The translations under genes were made by a program, and so were the position numbers. A model generated the notes under the pieces. That model did not search any database and had not been told where the DNA came from. It worked only from the letters and a program-made list of their open reading frames with translations. A DNA stretch of 64,000 nucleotides from Hamiltosporidium tvaerminnensis FI-OER-3-3. Lineage: Eukaryota > Fungi > Microsporidia. Shown in pieces: positions 1 through 11,657 of this stretch; the stretch's first letter is position 1; the number at the start of each line of letters is the position of its first letter. The DNA is taken from positions 248,001 to 312,000 of the forward strand of contig CM061255.1 in NCBI GenBank assembly GCA_022605425.2, in the 5' to 3' direction.

Positions 1-1740
1 AGAAATATATTTAATATCATCTTCGCCGATGTCAGAATTTTCAATATGAATGCATTCTATAATTTTTTCAGCGGAAAAAGTGCCCAATATTAATTCAAAT
101 TTAGAAAATAATGAGCAATTTCGAAGGTGTAAACTCTTTAAATTCCGAATGATATTAAATATTTGATATTCACCGGACGCAAATGTGTAATGATATATTT
201 TCAAAGTCTTGATAGTTTCAGAGAGATTTGTTTGATATAATTGTTCCAAAGAATTCAAAGGAATTTCAAAATTTCCGAGATCCAAAGTTTCAAGATTCTT
301 AAAATCTAAAAGCATTGGAAGCATATTCGGAAGTTTACACGAAGAGCTTAAGCTAAGTTATTTTAGAGCATTAGTTATTTTTGGTGCGATAGAATTCAAA
401 AAAATCTCTTCCAATGCTGGATCAACAGTTATCTTCAAGCCTACCAGTTCATTAATATTACTTAAAACTTTTAAAAAAGAACCTGTAATAAAAAAACAAG
501 AATTCTGAATATTAACATACCTTAATGTTTTCAAAAATTTGAGTTCTGATTCATATTCTTTGAAATACACAAACCATTTATTCTTATTCATTGTTATATG
601 TTCTAAACATGAGAATTTCGAGAAAAAAAATACGAAGTTCGCATTTATTTTAAAGTTACAAATATCAAGAATTTTGCAGCTTTTAAAAATAGAATGTTCG
701 GAAGTGCACCTCTGAAAGTTAAGACCCAGTATTTTTAAGTTAAATAAAACATTTTTTTTAGCTTTCATGTTCAAAATTTGTTCTAATTTCGCTATATTGA
801 AACCCATGTTTCTGTGAACTACTTCTTCTGAGTTTTCTATTATATTCTTTGAATTAATATAATTATCTATTATATCTCTGTATATTATATCATAAAAACT
901 AGTGGAAAATATATATATGTAATATTATCACATTTTAACTGACTATATTTGTTTGATATTATCGATGAATTTTCCATAATTTCAATATTCTTCATAATAA
1001 CATTTTTTAAATATTTATGATAAATACTAGTTTTAAAAAGAAATATATTTAGTTATGAAGCAACATAGACTACTTGAATCAATATTTTCGTTATAAGAAT
1101 CAAAAGTATCTGTATTGGGAAATGATATATTGGAAACGTTTGATTTAGAATATTTAGTAAATATAAAATCTTTATGTTGCTTAGTGCCAATAACATTATA
1201 AATAAATTTTTCAAGCAATTGTCATTACAAAATTCAAGTAAAAATATAATTCTGGTTTTATCAAGATATAGCTCATATGACTCAAAATGTTTTAAAGCTG
1301 CGTTTTATTGAGTATTTTCATGTAAATAATTTATTTCTAAATGTATATCTTTTTCGTTGAAAGCCATAATTATATTTTGATTTTGTAAAAGCCGCTTTAA
1401 AAGACGCAAGAAGAATATATTATTGAAACCATTGCCGGATTCATCGAAATAGTCTTTAAATTCTGACATTTCACCCTCATCAGATATCCCGTATTTAACT
1501 AAGGATACAATACATGAATAATATTTATTAATTTCCGAATCTACAATACCTTCATATACCCTATACACGGCCAGAGATCTAATAATAAAGTTATAAATCG
1601 GATCAATTTTGGAATCTAGAATACCCATAATCCTTCTACCATTAGGATATGATTTAAAAACAAAGTTATAGCAGGTATCAATATCAGAGCCTAAAAATGC
1701 AAAAAAAATTATAAATTATTATATGCTGATATATGCTTAA
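1..1740 (-). pseudogene. Fragmented LRR-like/lineage-expanded family gene, runs off the left edge
   Basis: Same-strand ORF pieces 1305-1628, 1033-1218 and 358-807 carry LxxLxL-type repeats (FSCLEHITM, LKTLRYVNI). LRR-like coding continues past the stop toward base 1. Same style as 57922-60275. Confidence 0.6.
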
Positions 1741-2331
1741 TTCTTTTATAAATTTTTTACTCAGAAGATTTGTTTGTGCTTATAAATACCAAAAAACAGT
1801 CCATCGGAATTATTTGATCCAAATATATTGGTCCTCGTCGAAAATGTAAATTTGTAAAAGGGTAATTAAAAAACCAGAAACTATCACACAACCTCTTTTC
1901 GTTAATAAATTATAACACAATTACATCTTTATATTGCATGACAGAATTTTCTACATCACAGATATTATTTTGTATTTGGTCTTCATCAAATTTATAAATA
2001 CGTATTTATAAATTGACCGTTTTTGTCGAAAATGCCTCTTTCGATTTCGTATTTTATTCCATTTAAATATGATATAAGATGTTCATTCTTTTTGTAATCA
2101 AAAACCATCAACAGAGTTTCTGAAGATTTAATATTCAAGAAATCTAGAAAAATAATCCAAATACTCATGGATTTTAAAAAAATTCGATGGAAAAATCTTT
2201 AGAAACTTGCGGAAGTTAATATGATTCATGGATAATATTCGATATTCTGATTTTAAATCTTCTTGTTTTTATAAAAATATTAATTTAGAAAAAAACGATA
2301 ATTTAATTTACTATTTTTGGTTTTTTCTAAA

Positions 2332-5300
2332 ATGGGTAGAAGAAAAAAAGTTGACAGCGAAAATATAAAAAATGAAGAAATAAAGGCTGTAAACAACTCG
2401 GAAATTAGTTTAAAAGAGACAAAAACGTATGATAGAGATGAAGTGACTATATCCGAGACACTTCCACCACAACCGACCATCCATAATAACACCCACTCCC
2501 CATCGAGCACTACGTTATATTTTACTGCAGTCAGCCTGCTCGATTCCGCACCCCCTTCTTCCTGTCCCGATTCTTCTGCGTGTGGACCAGCCAACACAAT
2601 GGAAAGCCTCAATGCACCTGCCATGTCAGAAGGAAATCGACTGATGGTATTGCATTCAATACTTGACTCTGTCACAGCCGTAGAGCAGGAATGGCCTAGA
2701 TCTGCTATGTCAGCAGTGCAAAAAAGGTTTGAGAGAATGCCTAGAAATGGCTGGTCTGCAATTCTTAGGTACTATAATGGGAAATTTGGTCGAACTGTTG
2801 ATATCGATGTGTTAAAAAAATTAACACATAATGAGGCAGAAAGGGAAATAAGGCAAGAAGAGAATGGAGAGCGACGTAGAATCGCCACTTGTCTCGCCGA
2901 GCCATGTTCTTTAACTGACACTACACTCTATATGAACCTGAGAGAAAAGTTCTTGTGTAAAATCAAGGAACTCTCTGAGAAGGAAATCGGAGATGTAGTG
3001 GTCCGAACTAGAAAACTTCCAAGTGAATTGGTTGATAGTAAAGTTTTGGAACTCATAAATCGGATCACAGGTGAATATGCTGAATCTCATGTGCCTAAGA
3101 ATGTTAGTGATGCAGCTCGAATCATCCAGGCGGCCAAGGTATGCTAGGACGAGGAAACGCGTAAGGAGAAGCCTAGATCTGCTTGGAAGGAAAACATAGA
3201 AAGTAAAATTTCTAAGCTAGTACTTTCCAAAGATCTCCTCGAGAAGGCTCGTAAACTGGAAAAGCTCTCCACTTCGGAAACGAAAAGTCTCAGAAAAATT
3301 ATGCGAGAGTTTAATCTAGACTTAAGCAAAATAAATGATCTCTCTGAGGCTTTGGTTAAGAAGAATGAGGCTTTGAATGTTTACGAGAAAAAAATTACGA
3401 TGTATGAAAGTAGGAGAAAATTTCGAAAAGAGAATCGTATGTTTGAGTTATTCCGAGGTCGATTCTATCGAGGGTTATCTGAGCGCGTTGAATCCGAGCA
3501 TGTGGTTTATCGTGACGAAATTTCAGAATTTTGGTCTACAATGTGGAATAAAAATGATAAAGTAGTTACATATGATGAGTATTTGATACCTTTCGTGTCG
3601 GATACGCACCAGACCACGTTTCCTTCACTTGAAGAGTTTATAGATATTATCAATTAGCTGCCTAACTGGAAAGCCGCTGGAATTGATGGTATTTATAACT
3701 TTTACATCAATAAACTTACGAACCTTCATAAATATCTTTACGATATTGCGAAAGCCATATGTTTAGAAGGAACGCCTCAAGCCGATTGGTATTATTGTGG
3801 ACTTACTTATCTGATACCTAAAGGTACACCAAAGACTGGCTCTGACTATAGGCCAATCACTTTTATGTCATACCTCTACAAGTTAACGACTAAGTGTGTG
3901 ACGAAAGTCGTTCAACTTGAAGTGGAAAGGCGAGGGTTGCTTGCAGAGAACCAATTAGGGGCGGTAAGAGGTGTGCAGGGAGCGAAAGAGCAGGCTCTAC
4001 TGAATATTGCCTTAAATAAAGAGTATGGAAATCATCTTAAGGCAACATGGATTGATGTTAAAAAAGCTTATGATTCAATAGATCAAGCTTATTTAACTCA
4101 ATGCATTGAAAACCTTAATTTACCTGATTGGATCCTGAAATTTATTAAGGTAATTATATCAAAATGGAAAATTGATATATCAGTAGGGCCTGAAAAAATC
4201 ATGAGCAAGAAGATTGATAGAGGGATTATGCAGGGAGATAGTTTGTCACCATTATTGTTTGTATTGTGTATGGATCCATTGAGCCGAAAGCTTAATGAGA
4301 AGACACAAAAGTGACAATAAAGACAGGTGCAGAATCCCACGCGACTAATCATCTCTTGTTTATTGATGATCTTAAGCTCCTTGCCGAATATGGGCAAACA
4401 TTGGAAGAAATGACGGAGGAGGTTAAAAAGTTTATGAATAATATAGGTTGAAAATTAACAAAGAGAAGTTAGCCACTAATGATCCATGTTGTGAAGATAC
4501 TGCTACCCTTCTTGAAAGAATAGGTGTTTATAAATACCTTGGAATTATAGAAGATAGCAGAGGAATTCCAACAAGTAAGTCGTTTGAGGAACTACAGAAT
4601 AAACTTATAGTACGAGTAGAAAGACTTTGTCGCACGAGATTAAATGCAAGAAATTTATTTCAAGCCATTAATCAACATGCAATTTCTTTACTAAACTATC
4701 ATATAGGTGTACTCCGACTAAAACTGGCTGGCTTCTCTAAGTTAGATGATGCGGTGCGTGCAGTGTTAGTAAAGAACAAAATACATCTACGCCCAGGATG
4801 CAAAGAACGTCTATACCTTCCACGTAAAGAACTTGGAAGAGGTTTACATAGTGTCGAGTTCAAAAGCGAACATATGCTTTTGCAACTCTTGGATTGTCTG
4901 GAAAAACATAAAGATACATCGACCAGAAGAGCAGCAATTCTAAACGTTGAGAATAATAATAAAACCCACCTTTCACTAATTAAAAACTTTTTAAAAATAA
5001 AATATGGGTTGGAAGAGGAAGTCACAAAAAAGAAATTGGAAGAAGCTCAACTAGCTAACCTATATAACGAAATCAAAAACCGAAAACTACATTCAAAGTT
5101 ATATAGCGCTAGAAATAACGAGCTGGTAAGTGTAAATGACTCCTCAAGATGGTTAAAGAAAGGAAGTGTAAGACCACGTGATGAAGCAGTGTTCTGTTAT
5201 ATCCAGGATAGAAATGTTTTCTGGGGTGCAGAAGGTATGTGTCAACACTGCAACCAGTCTAGGAAAACTGTTGATCACTTAGCAACGAGATGTGAAAAAA

Positions 5301-6130
5301 TGCTTGGTCATGACTATACTAGACGACATAATGAAGTGGTACGATGTATACATTTACTCTTGCTGAATAAATATAAGTTTAAGTCTTCTAAACGAATTAG
5401 AAGCCACACAGTTCAAGAAATTCTTGATAACGAATATGCAGAGCTAAGAGTGGACACCAGAATAAAAACTGATGTCAAGATTCGGTGTAACAGACCAGAT
5501 ATATTTATTTTAGACAAGAGACATAATAGGATAACCCTCATTGAAGTAGGAATCACATCCCAAGACTCTCTTCAAATAGTTGAAACAGAGAAGCTTAGGA
5601 AGTATGACCTATTAGGAAATGAGTTAGGTCTTATTTATAAATGCAGTGTAGAGATAATTCCTTGTGTGATGACCTGGGACGGTATTGTGACAAAATACCA
5701 TAAGACGTATGTTAAGAGACTGCAAATACCCATGAATGTAGAGGCATATATACAATCCATAGTACTCAAGAAGACAGTCGAAACAATTTCTTTTGATCGA
5801 CGAAGAGGACTTGAGTCCGGACCAAATGCCGAGGAGAGCTGGGAGAGAGCATCATTAAGTGTTATTTTAGGAGCCGAAATGCATAAACAACCAATACCCC
5901 CTTTAAAGCAAGTAGACAACGAGGAAGATGATGTTAAAACGGAAAATACAAAAAATATTTTACCCTTATTTTGGATGGTATAACCACAGCAAAGGAACCA
6001 TCAACTAATACAAATGAAGAGCTGGAGTTGGAGGAAGAGATAGAAGTGGTTGAAATGGTGGAAAGAATTATTTAAAAGAGAAAAATTCGTTAACGCAGAA
6101 TTCTGTTAAATAAAATTTCTAGGTCATAGA
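2332..6130 (+). mobile_element. Non-LTR retrotransposon with RT and restriction-like endonuclease (R4/Dong-like), copy 1, inactivated
   Basis: RT motifs WKAAGIDG, YRPIT, WIDVKKAYDS, GIMQGDSLSP and LFIDD. CCHC knuckle CQHC-x7-H-x4-C, then RHN, RPD..IEV and K..KY of RLE. Premature TAG at 3145 and 3655 (TAT and TGG in copy 2). Frameshifts near 4300, 4447 and 5962. Reconstructed stop at 6073-6075. Confidence 0.93.
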
Positions 6131-6254
6131 TATATTTTTTTTACTCAAAGATTATTTTTTTTACTCAAAATTATTTTTTTTAATTAAAATTTTTTACAGA
6201 CTTTTTTTCATTCTAAAAAGATTATTCTTTTTTTAAAATTTTCTTTTTTTTTAT

Positions 6255-6475
6255 ATATACTACTCTCTTAAATCCTTTTTTTAATATATATTAGTCTCTT
6301 AAACAACTTTTTTTTAATATATACTACTCTCTTAAACACCTTATCTTGAATACTTTTTTAAATAATCCTATCTCTCTTAAACACCTTTTTTAAACACCTT
6401 ATCTTAAATACCTTTTTTAAACACCTTATCTCTCTTAAATCCTTTTTTAAACACCTTATCTTAAATACCTTTTCT
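6255..6475 (+). repeat. Degenerate tandem repeats (TAAACACCTTATCT/CTCTTAAA units) upstream of IQGAP
   Basis: Repeated aaacaccttatc(tc)ttaaa and tatatactactctcttaaa units visible directly. Confidence 0.75.
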
Positions 6476-6513
6476 AAAAAAAAATATTTTAAAAAAAATA
6501 TTTCTTTCCCTTA

Positions 6514-9500
6514 ATGACAATATCACCAGAACAAAAGAGATCAATACGAACAAATGTACATGAAAGGTTAGAAAGTGGATTACCATTGACATCTGCAGAG
6601 ATGGACATAGAAAGAGAACAAAACCATGTATATGAGTACATGTGTCACTTCGAAGAAGCAAAACTATGGCTTTCTGCTGTTATAAATAAAAATGTACAAA
6701 ATTTTGAATCTGAACTTCCCAAGGGTATAATTTTAGCTGAAGTTGGTAAAATATTGGAGCCAGAAATAGTGAAGAAGATATTTTTAGATGAGACTTTACA
6801 ATACCGACATACTGACAACATAAATTTCTTTTTACAAGCTGTTTTAAAACAAGGACTTCCCAAAATATTTTTATTTGAGGTTTTTGATTTATATGAGCGT
6901 AGAAATATTCCCAGGGTTATTTACTGTATCCATGCGTTGGCACATTTTTTAAATAAAAAAAATATTTTTCCCAAAATCAGTGATTTAATAGGAAAAATAT
7001 ATTTCAGTGACGAGCAAATCCAAGAAAAAAACGAAGAAATAAATACAGCAGGACTTAAATTACCACATTTTAAAAGCATAGCACAAAAACTTAGAGACGA
7101 ACTCATTATTTCTTCCCATTTAATATATTTCTTTAAATATTTTATATACAAACAGACTATTACAGAACACCAGCAACTCAAAAACAACACTTTCAACATT
7201 CTTCTCCACCACGAACTTCTCCTAGAAAAAAAAGAAAAAATTCGTAATTTTTTAGTACAAAAAATCAAAGAATTCCTTAAATTACACAAAATTACAATTT
7301 TACAATCCAAGCTAAAATCTCTTCTTTACATAAAAGCATTCAACGAAATTTTCTACAGAAAAAAAACTCTCACCCTTTTTTCTCTCCGTTTCTATATTTT
7401 TCTACTTTTCAACACCTCAAAAACCCACCATTCCTACGAATCAGAAATGCATAAAATTCAAACAAAAATAAATAAAATTTTAAATGAAAACTTTATGCAT
7501 GAAAAATACATTGACGAACTAGAAATGAGAATTTCACTTTTAGTAAACAACAAAGTCACTGTCTCTAATATGGTAATGAATAAACCCATACCTCAAGACA
7601 TAACACTTATTTCTCAAGATACACCACACTATAAAAACCTAACAACTATTTTTTATATATTACAGACTAATCCCAAATACCTAATTAAAATACTTTATAA
7701 TATACAAGATAAAGATACATTTATTATTAATACAATAGTACCTTTATTTTACTTTGGACATGGAATAAGAGAAGAATGTCTTGTTAATAAATTAATAGAT
7801 CACATACTAGACACATATAACAAGGAGGGTTATAGTTGTAATGGTGAGGGTTATAGTGGTGATAGGGATAATTATAGTGGTGATAGGGTTAATTATAATT
7901 ATAATAAGGATAATGGTTATAGTAATTATAAGGATAATAAGGATAATGGTTATAGTAATTATAAGGATAATAAGGATAATAGTAATAATAGTAATTATAA
8001 GGATAATTATAATAATAATTATAATAATAGTAATTATAACACTAACATATATAACCCTTATCCCTATACTAATAACAACAATCCTAACAACAATCCCTAC
8101 AACAATAACATATATGCTAATACCCCTGTTAGTCTATGTCCTTCTGCTATTATCTGTTGTAAAATATTAACACACTTCTATAGAGTATCTAAAGAATCTA
8201 AAAATCATGCATTAAGTATTTCTTCAATAATAAGTAATTTATCAGTTTTAGAAATAGAATGTGATCCAGTAAACATTTACAAAGAATTATATAATTCTCA
8301 ACCATTAAGAGAAATAGCCTTACAAGATATAAAAGTTAAAAATATTTATATTTCTCGTTTAAAGACATTAAGAGGTGTGATAAATTCACTTTTAAATATT
8401 TTACAAAGAAATATTACTAATACACCTTTTATTTTAAGATATTTTCTTAAACAACTTTTTATTAGAAAATATTCTTTTTTTGGTATTAAAAATATGTTTT
8501 ATGAAGAATTTATTTTACCGTTTATTATAGCATCAGATTGTTTTGATAATAAATATGTTAGTAAAGAAGTAAGAGATAAGTGTGTTATTATCAGTCAACT
8601 AATGAGTATAATAGTGGGTATGGAGTGTGGTTTAGAGTGTGATAATGATTGTATTAATGATTTAAGTGATAATAGAGATAATAGTTTTAGTGATAATAAT
8701 GATAATTGTATTAGTAGTAAGGATAGTAGTAAGGATAATAACTATATTAGTACTAAGGATAATAAAGAAAGAGACAATAATACTAAGGATAATAAAGAAC
8801 AAATAAATAATAAAGAAATAAAAAATAAAGAAATAAAAAATACAAATAATACAAACACTAATGAACATAATGACCCCTTCTTATGTGACTCTTATGGTAT
8901 TTTTGTTCCTCTTATAAAATTTATAAGAGAAGCTTCTATAAAATTTAATGAAATAATAATTTCTTTAGGAAATGCAGAAGATTTAAATGAACATTATAGA
9001 TTTGGAGGTTTAAGTAGTAGTGTTAGAGTACAAAGAGCATGTGTTAGTTTTACAGCAACAGAAGTTAATGATATTCTTTCTACATACAAGATATACGTTA
9101 AAGGGGTGGGTGGGAGTAGTAGTAGGGATGGGGATGGGGATTATATTGTTAATGGGGATAATAGTAATAGGGATATTAGTAACTATAGTAGTAATAGGGA
9201 TATTAGTAATAGGGATTATATTAGTAATAACCATATTAGTAATAAGGATTATATTAGCAACCCTAATAACAACCCTATTAACAACCATACTAACAACCCT
9301 ATAAATATCAACCACATAAATAACACCCCTAATATTAACCCTACCCCTTATATTGATCCTTTCTATTCTTTAATATGTGATACTCCTTTACTTAAAGTAA
9401 ATAACAATTATCCTATAAAATTCTATTTAAATGATCCTTCTTTAAAGAAAGTAGAAGAAAAAGAAAATTTAAATAATTTAATTTCTATTATAAAATATAA

Positions 9501-10536
9501 AATGTCTGTTCTTTTATATTTTTCTTTTGGTAAGAATGTTTTAGATGTTGTTTTAAGAGAAAGTAAAGAAGAAGAAAATAAAGAATATTTAGAGAAATAT
9601 AAGTATTTAGAGAGGAGTTATTTTAATGAGAGTGTTAGTGTGGATAGTGTTAGTAGGGATAGTAAGGATAGTGTATTTGATAGTAATAAGTTTGATAATG
9701 TATTTGATAGTAGTAATATAAGAGATAATCCTTATAATACTAACACTAATACTCCTTATACTAACACTAATACTAATACTAACACTAACACCCCCTCTAA
9801 TACTAATACTAACACCCCCTCTGATACCGCTGACTATTGTACTTGTGAACAACAGGGTGTTATTGATAGTACTTTTAATTTAAGTAAAAAATTACCTGAA
9901 AATTTAGAGGAATTAAAATCTGAGATTTTGGATTCTTTAAATTTTTTAGAGAGTGTTGGTATTTTAAAGAAAAGTAATTTATATGTAGATATGTTATTTA
10001 TGATATCTAATGATGTATTAGTATTAAGATCTATGAATGAAGAAAGGAATTCAGAGATGCTTGTAAACAAAATGACTTTAAACAACTTAAATATGAAAAA
10101 TGAGTATTTAAAGGAGAAGGTACGTGTACATGAAGAGTATTTAATATCTTTTGCAGAGAAAATGGTTGGTATAAAGAAAAAGAGTTTTTTTAAATTTGAA
10201 GATTCTAGAATTTCTAAGTTAAATAAGCAATCTGTGTATGGAACTTATGTTTTTTCTGCAAATAAAATGAAAAGAAAAAATGTTTTATTAGAAATTTATA
10301 ATTATAATGTTAATCAGTATAATGGAATTTTCTTTTTAATTTTGTGTGATAAACCTAATTTTTTTTGTGTTGAGATGTATGTTATGGATGTGTTGGTTGG
10401 AGATGGTGTTAGTGTTAGGTTGGATGAGTTGTTGAGGAGTAGGTTTAAAGGTGTTAGTGATATGGATTATTGTGGGGTTTGTAGGTTTAGTGTTAAGGGG
10501 GTATTAGAGTTAATTAATGAGTGTTATATTAAGTAA
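6514..10536 (+). CDS. IQG1: IQGAP-like protein (CH domain, RasGAP-related domain, RasGAP C-terminal) with Asn-rich insertions
   Basis: YEYMCHFEEAKLW...LQYRHTDNINFF...DLYERRNIPRVIYCIHALAH is the IQGAP calponin-homology signature. YILQTNPKYL and REECL mark the GRD N-flank. 1340 aa. CCC at 6508-6510. Confidence 0.92.
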   Translation: MTISPEQKRSIRTNVHERLESGLPLTSAEMDIEREQNHVYEYMCHFEEAKLWLSAVINKNVQNFESELPKGIILAEVGKILEPEIVKKIFLDETLQYRHTDNINFFLQAVLKQGLPKIFLFEVFDLYERRNIPRVIYCIHALAHFLNKKNIFPKISDLIGKIYFSDEQIQEKNEEINTAGLKLPHFKSIAQKLRDELIISSHLIYFFKYFIYKQTITEHQQLKNNTFNILLHHELLLEKKEKIRNFLVQKIKEFLKLHKITILQSKLKSLLYIKAFNEIFYRKKTLTLFSLRFYIFLLFNTSKTHHSYESEMHKIQTKINKILNENFMHEKYIDELEMRISLLVNNKVTVSNMVMNKPIPQDITLISQDTPHYKNLTTIFYILQTNPKYLIKILYNIQDKDTFIINTIVPLFYFGHGIREECLVNKLIDHILDTYNKEGYSCNGEGYSGDRDNYSGDRVNYNYNKDNGYSNYKDNKDNGYSNYKDNKDNSNNSNYKDNYNNNYNNSNYNTNIYNPYPYTNNNNPNNNPYNNNIYANTPVSLCPSAIICCKILTHFYRVSKESKNHALSISSIISNLSVLEIECDPVNIYKELYNSQPLREIALQDIKVKNIYISRLKTLRGVINSLLNILQRNITNTPFILRYFLKQLFIRKYSFFGIKNMFYEEFILPFIIASDCFDNKYVSKEVRDKCVIISQLMSIIVGMECGLECDNDCINDLSDNRDNSFSDNNDNCISSKDSSKDNNYISTKDNKERDNNTKDNKEQINNKEIKNKEIKNTNNTNTNEHNDPFLCDSYGIFVPLIKFIREASIKFNEIIISLGNAEDLNEHYRFGGLSSSVRVQRACVSFTATEVNDILSTYKIYVKGVGGSSSRDGDGDYIVNGDNSNRDISNYSSNRDISNRDYISNNHISNKDYISNPNNNPINNHTNNPININHINNTPNINPTPYIDPFYSLICDTPLLKVNNNYPIKFYLNDPSLKKVEEKENLNNLISIIKYKMSVLLYFSFGKNVLDVVLRESKEEENKEYLEKYKYLERSYFNESVSVDSVSRDSKDSVFDSNKFDNVFDSSNIRDNPYNTNTNTPYTNTNTNTNTNTPSNTNTNTPSDTADYCTCEQQGVIDSTFNLSKKLPENLEELKSEILDSLNFLESVGILKKSNLYVDMLFMISNDVLVLRSMNEERNSEMLVNKMTLNNLNMKNEYLKEKVRVHEEYLISFAEKMVGIKKKSFFKFEDSRISKLNKQSVYGTYVFSANKMKRKNVLLEIYNYNVNQYNGIFFLILCDKPNFFCVEMYVMDVLVGDGVSVRLDELLRSRFKGVSDMDYCGVCRFSVKGVLELINECYIK

Positions 10537-10900
10537 AGTGGTTTATTAGTGTTATTTAGTGTTATTTAGTGTTAGAGTTAATTAATGAGTGTTATATTAA
10601 GTAAAGTGTTATTAGTGTTAAGGGGGTGTTATTTAGTGTTAGAGTTAATTAATGAGTGTTATATTAAGTAAAGTGGTTTATTAGTGCTAGTTTAGTGTTA
10701 TTTAGTGTTAGAGTTAATTAATGAGTGTTATATTAAGTAAAGTGTTATTAGGTTTAGTATGGTGTTATTTAGTGTTAGAGTTAATTAATGAGTGTTATAT
10801 TAAGTAAAGTGTTATTAGTGTTATTTAGTGTTATTTAGTGTTATTTAGTGTTAGAGTTAATTAATGAGTGTTATATTAAGTAAAGTGGTTTATTAGTGTT
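10504..10900 (+). repeat. Six copies of a ~36-bp unit containing the last IQGAP codons and stop
   Basis: TTAGAGTTAATTAATGAGTGTTATATTAAGTAAAGTG (LELINECYIK*) occurs 6 times, separated by TTTAGTGTTA-derived spacers. Confidence 0.92.
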
Positions 10901-10925
10901 ATTTAGTGTTATTCTTAGTGTTAAT

Positions 10926-11402
10926 TGTTAGTAAGTATATTATAGTGTTAAGTAAAAGGGTGTTATTTATTAGTAAGTATATTATAGTGTTAAGTAAAAG
11001 GGTGTTATTTATTAGTAAGTATATTATTAGTGTTAAGTAAAAGGGTGTTATTTATTAGTAAGTAGGTTTAGTGTTAAATAAAAGGGTGTTATTTATTAGT
11101 AAGTATATTATAGTGTTAAGTAAAAGGGTGTTATTTATTAGTAAGTAGGTTTAGTGTTAAATAAAAGGGTGTTATTTATTAGTAAGTATATTATAGTGTT
11201 AAGTAAAAGGGTGTTATTTATTAGTAAGTAGGTTTAGTGTTAAATAAAAGGGTGTTATTTATTAGTAAGTATATTATAGTGTTATTTATTAGTAAGTATA
11301 TTGTAGTGTTAGTAAGTATGTTTATTAGTGTTAATTGTTAGTAAGTAGGTTTAGTGTTAGTAAGTAGGTTTATTAGTGTTAATTGTTAGTAAGTAGGTTT
11401 AT
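10926..11402 (+). repeat. ~42-bp minisatellite with two alternating variants
   Basis: TTAGTAAGTA(TATTA|GGTT)TAGTGTTAA(G|A)TAAAAGGGTGTTATTTA about 8 times, decaying to the right. Confidence 0.9.
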
Positions 11403-11461
11403 TAGAGCTTAGAGGTTTTGTCTATTATAATATATTTACAAGTACAATAGTCGTGTTATAA

Positions 11462-11615
11462 CAAGTTCTCTATATCAAATTCTTTATATCAAATTCTTTA
11501 TATCAAATTCTTTATATCAAGTTCTCTATATCAAGTTCTTTATATATCAAGTTCTTTATATATCAAGTTCTTTATATCAAATTCTTTATATCAAGTTCTT
11601 TATATCAAGTTCTTT
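11462..11615 (+). repeat. 13-15-bp tandem repeat upstream of the cyclophilin gene
   Basis: TATATCAA(A/G)TTCTT about 11 times. Confidence 0.9.
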
Positions 11616-11657
11616 GTATTTTTTTTTTATTTTTTTTTAGTAGGGAGTTACAACCCT

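Noticed and set aside
2323-2328. TTTCTA as a TSD for retrotransposon copy 1 (again near 6116-6121)
   Set aside because: A 6-bp AT-rich match is expected by chance.
7841-9852. Ile/Val/Thr-rich alternative-frame ORFs inside IQGAP (likewise inside GCP, Cdc25 and 31549-32079)
   Set aside because: Shadow frames of low-complexity repeats within real genes.
10504-10900. CRISPR-like pattern: identical ~36-bp repeats with ~30-38-bp variable spacers
   Set aside because: Spacers are reshuffled TTTAGTGTTA units, the repeat is the IQGAP C-terminus, there are no cas genes, and the context is eukaryotic.
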